Shown here in pieces: positions 32,778-41,973 of a DNA stretch of 64,000 nt. The stretch spans positions 3,072,001 through 3,136,000 of the forward strand of contig OZ244587.1 of assembly GCA_965218095.1 (NCBI GenBank), read 5' to 3'. The notes beneath the pieces are model-generated. The model was not told where the DNA came from. It worked only from the letters and a program-made list of their open reading frames with translations, and made no database searches. The stretch is from Candidatus Poribacteria bacterium. GTDB lineage: Bacteria; Poribacteria; WGA-4E; PCPOR2b. The first letter of the stretch is position 1. Each line of letters begins with the position of its first letter. The position numbers and the translations under genes are program-made.

Positions 32778-33811
32778 CGAATCGGTAGATTTTTACCGAG
32801 TTTTGACAGCGTAGACATTTAATAAGCAACCACAAGTGAGTGTTTAAAATGCCACCAAAAAGAGAGTGACTTGTGCGAGCTTCCTTTGAATCTATCTCTG
32901 GAAGTTCGGCAGCCGGGACGACCTCCTACCCTGGCTAAAGTCGTCCATCCAACAGAAAAGCTGACACAAGTCATAAACTGTGTTCAAGTAGATGTTTTGA
33001 AGATTTCACCGTTTGCGTAGTGGCGTAAGAGAAGAACCTGGGCATATATTTCACCGATTCCTCTTTTCCACCAACAGCGCAAGTGAAAAGTGATAAAGTG
33101 TCTGAAGTGAGCACACCTTTCCACCTTCAAAGACAGAAAAGCAAGGATTGCTTGCTTCGCTTCAGGCGTTTTATCTTCTCTTACCACTTATCTCACAACC
33201 GAGATTAATCTTTGGCCGACCAGAGAGGAGGCCATACAAATGAAGATTTTTAAGCCGCATGTCAGGGAGGGAAATGTCGAAGGTCACCCCTCCGGGAGGT
33301 CGGACCCGACGACAGATTACCACCCTCCCATACGAAAACGGTTGGAAGCAATTTCGGTGGAAATCGGATGGGGAGCCAGAAGCCCGCCCACCTGAATATG
33401 TCGGGCAAATATAGGTACATTGCTTACATAGCTTATGATGGATTGTCGTGGCGATTTCGTTGAGCACGGCACAAAGTGACTGCATTGCCGCTACGATCCA
33501 TCAGACTAATTTAGGCGGAGCACCTGCCGGCGATAGTGCTAAGGCAGACAATTTCACAGATTTGGGTAATGAGAGGTGAGAGGTTCGCCAAGAGGCTGTT
33601 TACCCATTGTAGACTGGAAAACCCCGATCCCACTTCGGGGTATCCCGAACTTGACTGACGATGATGAATATCTAGCATAGTTTCGGGTGATGGTGCCTAA
33701 GCCTCAAGGCGAATTGGGGACCCGAGGACAGGAGTCGTACGCGGGGCGATCTGACTGTCTAGCACGAAAAGGAGTGAAGCACCGATAACTGTCTGTTGGT
33801 GCTTTTTTTTT
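32778..33811 (+). ncRNA. Putative large (~1 kb) structured non-coding RNA, family not recognised
   Basis: No convincing CDS; many helices incl. 33092-33110/33157-33175 (19 bp, 4 G·U) and 33436-33454/33485-33503 (18 of 19 paired, 3 G·U); ends in an intrinsic terminator; 5' end inferred. Confidence 0.7.
33777..33811 (+). terminator. Rho-independent terminator
   Basis: AAGCACCGATA/TGTTGGTGCTT stem ending in a run of 9 T. Confidence 0.8.
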
Positions 33812-34067
33812 AAGAGGAAATATCAGAAAGAACAGGGCGAATTATGGATACTTTAACACAAACTCCCGACCACGACGTGCTTCGCTGGATGGGAATTGGC
33901 GAAGTTTATGAAGCGAAGTCCGATCCGACGAGCACGGCTTTATCTGAGTCCTTGGATCGGCGCTCAATTTGGGACATGCCGGAGACACTGCAGTGACGAA
34001 GTAGATGCGAATCTGTTCCACCGAGAGTGTGCTCATACTGAGTCCAACCTTATCCCCGCCACCCATC

Positions 34068-34101
34068 CGTGTTATTTGCCCGAACGTGTTATTTGCCCGA
34101 A
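34068..34101. repeat. Exact 17-bp tandem duplication
   Basis: CGTGTTATTTGCCCGAA x2. Confidence 0.9.
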
Positions 34102-34110
34102 ACGGTCTAT

Positions 34111-34509
34111 ATGGAAAATATGGAAAGAAAACATCTCCTTGTAGTTGATGATGAGCGAAACATGCTTCAGACCCTTAAGTTTATTCTGGAAACAGCAAAT
34201 TACAGAGTCACGACAGCCGTAGATGGTCAGGAGGCTTTGGAAGAGATATTGGCGGCACAGGAGAGTTACAGACCGATCAATCTTCTCATCACGGATATTC
34301 GGATGCCGGGTTTAACCGGGCTTCAATTGATTGACGAACTGAATTACCTGAACATCAAAATGCCTATCCTGGTGATCACCGCATATGGGGATAAGACATT
34401 GTTTATTAAACTCATGCGTGCAGGCTGCGCGGACTACCTTGACAAACCATTTGATTCCAGAGAGCTTGTTAGGCGCGTGGGCTTGCTTGTGGAGAGAGCA
34501 GAAACTTAG
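34111..34509 (+). CDS. Single-domain response regulator (receiver)
   Basis: LLVVDDE, ITDIRMPG, ITAYG, KPF; start 34111 or 34120. Confidence 0.9.
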   Translation: MENMERKHLLVVDDERNMLQTLKFILETANYRVTTAVDGQEALEEILAAQESYRPINLLITDIRMPGLTGLQLIDELNYLNIKMPILVITAYGDKTLFIKLMRAGCADYLDKPFDSRELVRRVGLLVERAET

Positions 34510-34675
34510 GCGCAAGACAGCGAGGTTTCCCATTAGCTGAACAATGAACAGAAGGAAAGCGGACTTTTAAGTCCAGATGGCGAGTGGTTCATCAATTTTC
34601 GACAGATCGCTCAAGATTTTGTGTTTGTACGATTAACCCCGTTTCAAAAATAAACCTTATGAAAGGAGAACCCTC

Positions 34676-35470
34676 ATGGCAGTCATCACTGTTTCCAGAG
34701 AATACGGGAGCCGTGGCGAACAAATCGCCCAACAGGTTGCCGAAGACTTAGGGTATAACTCTTTCGATAAAGAGATCCTCGCAGAGGTGGCGCGCGCCGC
34801 CAACACAACCGAAGAACAGATTAGACGGTATGACGAGAAGAATGAGAACGGGTTTCGTGGTTTCCTAAAGAAACTCTTTGTGCCAGAGTTCTCACGATAC
34901 CTTGATTTTCCGTATTATTACTACCCATCGGAATTTCTCATGGAATACTCTCCCGTTGGGAGGGAGCCAGCAATTGAGGATGAGCCGATTCCGACTGAGG
35001 AGGAAGCCCTCACGTTTTTGCGGCATGTCATTGAGAAGTTGTGGAAGCGTGATAATGTCGTCATCGTCGGACGTGGCAGCCAGATGATTCTTGCCGACAA
35101 GCCGAATACCCTTCACCTCCGTTTCATGGCACCTGTTGCGGATCGCATTGAACAAGTCATGAAGGATGAAGGGGTCGTGTATCCGAGGGCTTTGAAAGAA
35201 ATCGAAACTATCGACAAGCAACGCGCCCGCTATCTCAAACATTACTACGATGCCGATTGGGCGGATGCAACGCACTACGACCTGGTGCTAAATACCGGAA
35301 CAATGAGCCTTGAACAGGCGACAAAAGTCATCATCACCGCCATCGGCCATCAGGAAAATGAGCCCCAAGGCGGTAGACCGGTGGAAACATGGGGTGAGCC
35401 AGACCAAAGCTCATTTTCCACTCTTGTCTCCCACGCTCCCGCGAGCACACTCAGATTCAACGAGGGTTGA
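34676..35470 (+). CDS. Cytidylate kinase-like family protein
   Basis: VITVSREYGSRG, VVIVGRG, YDLVLNT. Confidence 0.88.
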   Translation: MAVITVSREYGSRGEQIAQQVAEDLGYNSFDKEILAEVARAANTTEEQIRRYDEKNENGFRGFLKKLFVPEFSRYLDFPYYYYPSEFLMEYSPVGREPAIEDEPIPTEEEALTFLRHVIEKLWKRDNVVIVGRGSQMILADKPNTLHLRFMAPVADRIEQVMKDEGVVYPRALKEIETIDKQRARYLKHYYDADWADATHYDLVLNTGTMSLEQATKVIITAIGHQENEPQGGRPVETWGEPDQSSFSTLVSHAPASTLRFNEG

Positions 35471-35519
35471 GGGAAAAATAGCAACCTTAATATGAGAAAG
35501 TGAATGAGGAGGAACGCTA

Positions 35520-35775
35520 ATGGACGCCAACGTTCGTCACAGAGGTGGCGTCATTATTTTGAAACTCAGCGGTGAGATTATTAAACAATGTTGGTGATCT
35601 CCGAAATGTAATTTATGAGCAACTTGCCAATGTCAAAGGGGCGCCCAAATTTCTGTTTGATTTCGCTGATGTCTCAATGATTGACAGTGCTGGGTTCGGA
35701 ACGCTAATCGGAACGCTAATGGGAATACACGTATTTATTATACCCAGTGGGCGTACCGTTTGGGGCATTGAGTAG
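35520..35775 (+). pseudogene. Frameshifted STAS anti-sigma-factor antagonist
   Basis: SD GAGGAGG, MDANVRHRGGVIILKLSGEI, shift to ...FDFADVSMIDSAGFGTL; 12-bp duplication 35697-35720; truncated. Confidence 0.75.
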
Positions 35776-35927
35776 GTGAGTCTAAGGCAGGTGAATGTCA
35801 TTCCCTTGAAGGTTGCAGCCGGTGGCAACGGCAGTGATTTTCGATAGGTCACGCTAAATTCGCTCACACCCACAGGCTGCTGACCGGGCCGTAACATAAT
35901 GATTTAGAAGCCTCTAAGGAGGAAGCA

Positions 35928-36350
35928 ATGAATGCGCGTACGTTGTATTCAGCAATTGAGACCTTGAATCCCAATCGTCCCTGTTGCGTGGAGGTCGGCA
36001 CATCGGTTTCAGATGCGATCGACCGCATGCAGGAAGGACGATTCAGCTATATATTGGTTGTTGAGAAACAACAGCTCGTCGGTATCATTACGGAGCGTGA
36101 TCTGTCAGCGGTTATCGTGGGGCTGCGCATAAATCCAGCCGATGTGGTTGTGGATGATATTATGACCATATCACCGGAGACGCTTCGCCCGGAAGATCCG
36201 ATTGTATTTGCTCTAAATCTGATGCACTTAGGCCGATACCGCCATATCGCTTTGCTCGATGACGAAAATGGTTATCCCATAGGGATTGTCTCAAGTAAGG
36301 ATATTTTGAACCACATCGCTGCGTTTTTGGAGACAAGTCAGGAGGGATGA
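35928..36350 (+). CDS. CBS-pair protein
   Basis: LVGIITERD, GRYRHI, PIGIVS. Confidence 0.9.
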   Translation: MNARTLYSAIETLNPNRPCCVEVGTSVSDAIDRMQEGRFSYILVVEKQQLVGIITERDLSAVIVGLRINPADVVVDDIMTISPETLRPEDPIVFALNLMHLGRYRHIALLDDENGYPIGIVSSKDILNHIAAFLETSQEG

Positions 36351-36353
36351 AGC

Positions 36354-36893
36354 ATGCTTTATGAACAGGTTATTGATGAAGAAATTACCATCATGGAGGA
36401 AATGCCTGATGAGCTGTCAAAAACCCTGAGCCCACAAGAAATCCGTGTGCCGCTCCGTTCTCTGATGCGGCCGGCGATAACGGTTGAAATGAACACAAGT
36501 ACACTCAATGCAGCCGATCTGATGATCGCCAATGCTGTCGGTTATGTCCTGATTGTATCCGAAGGCGTTCTCACAGGAATTTTCGGAGAACGAGATATTT
36601 TGCTAAAAATCCTCAACAAGCCGGTTGGAGATCTCGCACAAATTCCTGTCGAATACTTTATGAAAACCGATCCGCAAACCTTAGATGCTGAGGATTATCT
36701 CGACACGGCAATATTGTTCATGGCGAAAGGCGGCTACCGACACCTCCCCATTGTAAATACACAAAATCGGCCAGTTGGAATGGTGTCGATTCGCCATATT
36801 ATCTCTTATCTGGTTGAACATTTCCCTCAAGACGTGTTAACGCTGCCGCCGAAACCCATTCGTGAGGTAATGCAAGCCCGCGAAGGTGCTTAA
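36354..36893 (+). CDS. CBS-pair protein
   Basis: LTGIFGERD, GGYRHLPIV, PVGMVSIR. Confidence 0.9.
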   Translation: MLYEQVIDEEITIMEEMPDELSKTLSPQEIRVPLRSLMRPAITVEMNTSTLNAADLMIANAVGYVLIVSEGVLTGIFGERDILLKILNKPVGDLAQIPVEYFMKTDPQTLDAEDYLDTAILFMAKGGYRHLPIVNTQNRPVGMVSIRHIISYLVEHFPQDVLTLPPKPIREVMQAREGA

Positions 36894-36917
36894 ACCGTAA
36901 ATCTTAGAAAGGGTGAA

Positions 36918-37475
36918 TTGACTGTGATTTTAGCAGAAACCTTTGATTTATGTCAAGACATTGAACTGAGACACGCAAAGCTATATGCGACGCTATCTCT
37001 CCAATTGGGAAATGTCGATGAACGAGTTGCCCGATTTTGGCGGCAGACGAGCGCGGAGGAGTGGCAGCACCATCTCCTGGTTGGTTTTGGACGCTCGTTC
37101 TGTGCTAAGACTTTCGGGCTAGAGACACCTACCCCAGAATTGCCCAACGTATCTATCGAACAGATTAACGATACATTGAATGAATATGAAGAGCGTGTGA
37201 GTACAAAGCAGATCACACTCAATGAGGCATTTGAGATTGCCATTGCGATCGAAGGCGGTGAGTCAGACACAATTTATATGGAGTTGCTTTCGACCATCAG
37301 AGAGGCGATTTATCAGAGCGATCAAACCTATTTGTTGAGCCGTATCTCCCGGATTGAGAAGGATATGCAGGCTCACGTGGGTCACCTGATTGATGCCGCG
37401 AGAAGGTTTTCTCATAATCCGGATCTGGTCCGAAAAGCGCATCGCTTGACAGATCAGCATCACCACGGATTCTAG
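36918..37475 (+). CDS. Ferritin-like/rubrerythrin-like four-helix bundle protein
   Basis: IE...LY, EEWQH, AIAIE, late His; diiron-carboxylate-like pattern, partly degenerate. Confidence 0.65.
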   Translation: MTVILAETFDLCQDIELRHAKLYATLSLQLGNVDERVARFWRQTSAEEWQHHLLVGFGRSFCAKTFGLETPTPELPNVSIEQINDTLNEYEERVSTKQITLNEAFEIAIAIEGGESDTIYMELLSTIREAIYQSDQTYLLSRISRIEKDMQAHVGHLIDAARRFSHNPDLVRKAHRLTDQHHHGF

Positions 37476-37493
37476 GCTGTGTTGACGAACAGA

Positions 37494-38234
37494 TCAAGGG
37501 CTGTTATTTTTCATGGGCGCCGCATCGTCTTGTGTTCTCACCTGCGGCTGATGATGATACAAACTTCCCAAAATCAAATCCCAGATCGGCAGCGTGAGGT
37601 TGAAATTATAATCATTCATCCGCGCCTGGTTATGATGCGTCTGATGATTTCGCTTCAGGGCGCCAAGCAGCGGGATACAGTCAATTTTGCACCGCTCCGG
37701 TGCGTGATACGCGAGGTGCAGCCATTCATAAAGAAGGAAAAAACCAACCAATGTGATGACCGTCAGTCCGGCGACATTCCGATTAACCAGGTGCCAGAGG
37801 AGAAAAAATACGGGGGCGATCAGGGCGAGCAGCGTAAAGTTATCGCGGAAGAAAAAAAGCACCTTGTAAGCCTCTTTACTCGTATCTATGCTCATGGTTT
37901 CATGCGTGAAGTATTCATGATGGGATGAGGTGTGAACCTTAAAGAGCAATTGAATGAAGCGCGACGCATTGTGCATTGGTCCCCGGTGGCAGATGTACTC
38001 GACAAAATTCGCAAGGAAAAACACGGCGATCATGGTGAACCACTCCAGCGGTTGAACATCCTTCACAACGAATGTCGCCGAACAACAAATGACGGAAATT
38101 CCGATCAGGTTGGTAAGCCCGAAAAATAGGTAGAAGTTGTAGTGCAAAGGAATAGGGTAGGGGATAGCGCCAAATTGAAGTCGTTCGCGTCTGTCGAGTC
38201 GCTTATCGTCGGTACCGAGTTTTGTTTCCATCAT
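37494..38234 (-). CDS. Sterol desaturase/fatty acid hydroxylase superfamily membrane protein
   Basis: His boxes HRGPMH, HTSSHH, HLAYH, HQTHH; SD AAGGAGG before ATG 38234. Confidence 0.85.
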   Translation of the reverse strand: MMETKLGTDDKRLDRRERLQFGAIPYPIPLHYNFYLFFGLTNLIGISVICCSATFVVKDVQPLEWFTMIAVFFLANFVEYICHRGPMHNASRFIQLLFKVHTSSHHEYFTHETMSIDTSKEAYKVLFFFRDNFTLLALIAPVFFLLWHLVNRNVAGLTVITLVGFFLLYEWLHLAYHAPERCKIDCIPLLGALKRNHQTHHNQARMNDYNFNLTLPIWDLILGSLYHHQPQVRTQDDAAPMKNNSP

Positions 38235-38249
38235 CCTTCCTCCTTTCGG

Positions 38250-38620
38250 CATTTCCGGGCGTAAGTGAAACGGCTCGAACACTCTGGGAGCAAGGTAATT
38301 CGATTTACACCGCTTCTGGCGGGGTCTCATGGGACTTAAAGGGCTATCTGACAAGCATGGGGATTGCGGATTGTTTTCAACAATATTACGGTCCAGATCT
38401 CATCAATACCGCCAAGGAAGGCGCAGCCTACTATGAGCGAATTTTTGCGGATGTGAATATCGAGCCGGAAAACGCAATTGTGGTTGATGATTCGCTCCTT
38501 GCACTTGGGTGGGCATCAGAAGCCGGCGCGCAGACCATCCATTGTTCATCCAAGAAAGCCCATCCAAGTTTCCCGCACCACATCAATCGCCTGGCCGAAT
38601 TGCCGGGAGTCATCGATTAA
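38250..38620 (+). pseudogene. 5'-truncated HAD-family hydrolase
   Basis: YTASG, K, IVVDDS motifs present, motif I missing; start approximate. Confidence 0.65.
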
Positions 38621-38621
38621 C

Positions 38622-39027
38622 TCAATTAAAAGTCCATTCCGTGTGCGATTTTGCATTGACGGAGACAGGTGAGACTCTCACAAAGACTTTCAGCCCCGCG
38701 CCCGATGGCGAGACAAAGACGAGCACGACGAAGGGGAGCGCGGTGATCATGGCTCTTATCGCGTGTAGCTGTTCGGGATGCAGCCCATTGATGTCGATTA
38801 CGGCGAAGCCACTGTGATCTTTGAGTTCCTCCGCGTTCCGCTTCCGAAATGTGCCTGTGGGTGTAATCGCGGGGAGATAGCTGGCTTTGTACTTGCGGTA
38901 GTTGTCTTTCTGACCGCTGGCTGCCAGTTCGCATCTGTTCCACGATTGCGGTAATCGTCTGGATTGTGCCGTTGGTGTCTCTGGTGTTGCGGTAACTCGA
39001 AACCTGTGTATCGTTCTTTTGTTGCAT
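38622..39027 (-). pseudogene. Frameshifted, truncated VirE N-terminal/BT4734-like gene (mobile-element remnant)
   Basis: LPAITPTGTF..R...HSGFAVIDI...FVSPSGAGLKVFVRV; N-terminus in a different frame with SD AGGAG. Confidence 0.7.
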
Positions 39028-39148
39028 GGTATACTCCTTAATTGTTGGAGTGATAAAAAAAAAGGCAAACCTCCCCTATTATGTCATGATAAAAGCCTTC
39101 CGGGTGATAGGTTCGATTTGCCTTCTGTACTGAAATGGAGATTCCATC

Positions 39149-39910
39149 ATGAGAAACCTGCTTGATTTTTTACGCTCACCGATATTGATTGGTTCGTTTG
39201 TGTTAGTTCTTCTTCTCCTTGTTGGCTCTTACTTTTTGAGTGATTGGTACTACGGGGATACTGAGATAAAGCCAATACCCACAGTCCCACCAGAGCCGCG
39301 AGCCGTAGAACATCATCCGACGGTCTCCGATGACAGTCTCGACGCTCAACTTGACTCTTTACTCCCACCCCGACAGATCGGGGTCGGCGATTCTGAACTG
39401 ACTGAAACGGAATCGAAAGAAGAACCGGTGGAGTTGACACCGGAAGATGAGGCGTTTATTGATGAATACAGCCAAGCAATGAAAGAGGACGCGCCGCGTG
39501 AATCCCCACATGGACTTGGGCCTTATCCTGAATTGCCATCAGATTGGCCTGATCAAAACAACTGGGATGACCTTGAAAAAAGTTATCGTGAGGGGCATTC
39601 GGATATAGGTCATGAGCTAATCGCCCGAGTTCTTATCAAACTTTGGAAGCAAGGTAAAAAAACGGATAGTGGTGTTATATCGGAGGACGGCTTGGTTTAT
39701 CCGCTGTATACAGACACTATTTACGTTAGATGGTCAGAAGATGTCTTAGATGATGGCACGATTGACCGCTATGTTAGTGGAGTATTGTGCCACGGTAGCC
39801 TCGCACATTATGATGAGACCCTTTCTGAGGGTATTATCCCAAGTGGAGTCAAAATTGTTCCACGAGATGGCGCAGGGATTGATCCGTACAGTTTTCTTGA
39901 TCTTCAATAA
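39149..39910 (+). CDS. Hypothetical acidic protein with N-terminal membrane anchor
   Basis: 253-aa ORF, SD GGAG, TM helix, C-terminal domain SPHGLGPYPELP...GIDPYSFLDL. Confidence 0.8.
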   Translation: MRNLLDFLRSPILIGSFVLVLLLLVGSYFLSDWYYGDTEIKPIPTVPPEPRAVEHHPTVSDDSLDAQLDSLLPPRQIGVGDSELTETESKEEPVELTPEDEAFIDEYSQAMKEDAPRESPHGLGPYPELPSDWPDQNNWDDLEKSYREGHSDIGHELIARVLIKLWKQGKKTDSGVISEDGLVYPLYTDTIYVRWSEDVLDDGTIDRYVSGVLCHGSLAHYDETLSEGIIPSGVKIVPRDGAGIDPYSFLDLQ

Positions 39911-40161
39911 AAAAGCGACAATGAGCAGGTGTGAAAGGTGGGAAAGTGAGCAAAAGCCAGAGAATCCGTTTCTTTGTCTTTTTCACACCTGTTCCCCCTC
40001 TCACTTTCTCATTGTCTCTCTTAGAGCCACCCCCTGAGATTGTCCCGTTGTGGCTCCGGCGCCGTTCATTTGGACGGCGAAAGCAATCTCTTAACAAGAA
40101 GGAGGATACAACATGTACGCGAGAAGTTCGACACTCGCTACCCTTTTCATCTTGCCTTCTT

Positions 40162-40974
40162 TCACGCGACCAACGACTTCAAAAACTCGATGCTTCGACG
40201 GGCAATCGTCTCCGCATCCGGCTCAAAGTTGAAGACTTCGGTCGAAAGGTAACCCGTGTAATCGATTTCCTTCAACGCTTCGACAATCGACGGGTAATCT
40301 ACACCTCCAGATCCAGGGAGATACCCGTTATCGTCGTTGGCGTGAAAGTGCGCCACATATTCGGCGTATTCCCGGATCTGCGTCGGCATGTCCAAATTTT
40401 CGGCGGCTGTGCTTGTGACATCGAGGACGATCCGGAAATTCGGATTATCGACCGTTTTGACCATCTGCACCGCCTCTACCGGGGTATTGATGAAATTCGT
40501 GCTTCGGCTTGTCAACGGCTCCATACACAAGATCACATCCTTTTCCTGAGCGAGCTCGGCGCACGCCGCAAAGGTCTCCCGCGCATACGCCCATGCCTGA
40601 TCATACGTCAACGGTTCAAGCACGTTACGTTCATTTGGCGAACCGATGACCATAATCTTCCCGCCCAGATCAGCACAACACTCGACGAGCGCGAAAAAAT
40701 AATCCCGCGTTTTCTCACGCAGGCCCACATCGGGGTGATTGAGGTGCAATCCCTTCGGCGAGACCAGCAGCCAATGTAGCCCCGCAATCTCGACCTTCGC
40801 CGCTTCCGCCGCTTTCCGGATGCGATCCCTTTCGGCCTGGCTGATGTCTAACACAGATTCCGCGAGCGTGAAGGGGGCAATCTCAACCCCATCGTAACCG
40901 AGTTTGGCGGCATACGCAAAAACATCTTCAATCTTCCAGTTCTCAAACATTTCGTTGCAAATAGCAAGTCTCAT
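40162..40974 (-). CDS. Sugar phosphate isomerase/epimerase (xylose isomerase-like TIM barrel)
   Basis: GYDGVEIAP, MEPL, HFHAND, PGSG, STEVF. Confidence 0.9.
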   Translation of the reverse strand: MRLAICNEMFENWKIEDVFAYAAKLGYDGVEIAPFTLAESVLDISQAERDRIRKAAEAAKVEIAGLHWLLVSPKGLHLNHPDVGLREKTRDYFFALVECCADLGGKIMVIGSPNERNVLEPLTYDQAWAYARETFAACAELAQEKDVILCMEPLTSRSTNFINTPVEAVQMVKTVDNPNFRIVLDVTSTAAENLDMPTQIREYAEYVAHFHANDDNGYLPGSGGVDYPSIVEALKEIDYTGYLSTEVFNFEPDAETIARRSIEFLKSLVA

Positions 40975-41282
40975 CGTCGACTCCTGTTTTTCTTAGAACA
41001 ACAGGTTTGAAGTATGCTCACCTAAGATTATCACAGGTTCGTCCAATCCGCAAGGGGATTATCTGTCTTCGCAACTTGCCTCTCAATTAAACGCCATGTC
41101 ATACGAGTTTTTCACTTGGCGGTTGGAGCCAGTCTGTGCCTGATTTTCCCCTACAACTGAAAAAGTCGTAATATCAGAAAAAAATGTATTTTCCTAATTT
41201 GTGAAGTATAATAACGTGGACGAGAGGATAGAATCATGCCTATCATCATTAAGTAATTTTCAGTATTAAACTATACATTCTG

Positions 41283-41340
41283 TTTGTAGTAGCGCAATTC
41301 ATTGCGCGTTTGGGAGGGCGATGAATCGCCTCACTACAAA
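41283..41340. repeat. GTAG-type REP-like element
   Basis: TTTGTAGT...GCGCAATTCATTGCGC...GGCGATGAATCGCC...ACTACAAA; same family as 3332-3386. Confidence 0.7.
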
Positions 41341-41568
41341 CCATCAGCCATGCTGCGTCGAGATAGCTACAAGCTCCACTACAGTCCAGGTGACCCACCA
41401 CAACTCTATGACCTTGCCCAAGAATCAGCCTACCAGTCGGCCGTTGAGGAACTTACGGCGCAGCTTTTATCGCACTGGGACCCGGGCGCGATCGAGGGGC
41501 GAGTTCGGCAAAGCCAGCGGGAACGACGCCTCATCGAACGGGCTTATCGCGCAAGGGGTTCGGTTTAG
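41341..41568 (+). pseudogene. C-terminal fragment of a choline-sulfatase-like sulfatase
   Basis: MLRRDSYKL...PPQLYDL...WDP...VRQSQRERRLI. Confidence 0.6.
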
Positions 41569-41631
41569 CTGCCTCACGAACAAAGTTGCTGACGCTGCTA
41601 AGTTTGGAGGTTTGTCTTGTCTGACTTCATC

Positions 41632-41769
41632 AGGACTTACGCAATTGAATCGGCGGATTGACCCCCAACCTCCTGTGCATCTTGTATCGGATTCAGAGCC
41701 TGCCCCGATCCATCGGGGATTCAGGATGCCGTGAAATCGCAGGTTCTGCACATCGGTTGCGTAAGTCCT
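41632..41769. mobile_element. MITE-like element (138 bp)
   Basis: Perfect 13-bp terminal inverted repeats AGGACTTACGCAA / TTGCGTAAGTCCT, no ORF. Confidence 0.7.
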
Positions 41770-41912
41770 ATAAATCTCTACCTTTGAGACGTATAACCGA
41801 AACCATTCCGGCCTGGCACATTGCCGGGCTTTTTTTGTCCCAAACCTTCCCAGACTCCTGCTGTCCGTGTTTGTGCAAGATCTCAATAGAGAGCCCAAAG
41901 GCTATTATCATT

Positions 41913-41941
41913 TTGACAAACCTCCTACCTCATGCTATAAT
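41913..41941 (+). promoter_or_regulatory. Sigma70 promoter
   Basis: TTGACA, 17 bp, TATAAT with extended -10 TG. Confidence 0.8.
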
Positions 41942-41973
41942 GCGTCAAAAATGCTTTTGGGGTGGAACTAAGG

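Noticed and set aside
32984-33485. Minus-strand ORFs of 67 and 104 aa
   Set aside because: No motifs or convincing SD; G·U pattern and terminator favour a + strand RNA.
32778-33811. tmRNA, RNase P RNA, SRP RNA, group II intron or CsrB identity for the structured region
   Set aside because: No tRNA-like ends, no GAGGAAAGTCC, no SRP domain IV, no domain V; GGA words are not regularly placed in hairpin loops. Needs cmscan to be final.
33844-34144. Short ORFs (33844-33996, 33896-34144) after the terminator
   Set aside because: Weak SD, no homology cues, disrupted by a tandem duplication; possible remnant but unsupported.
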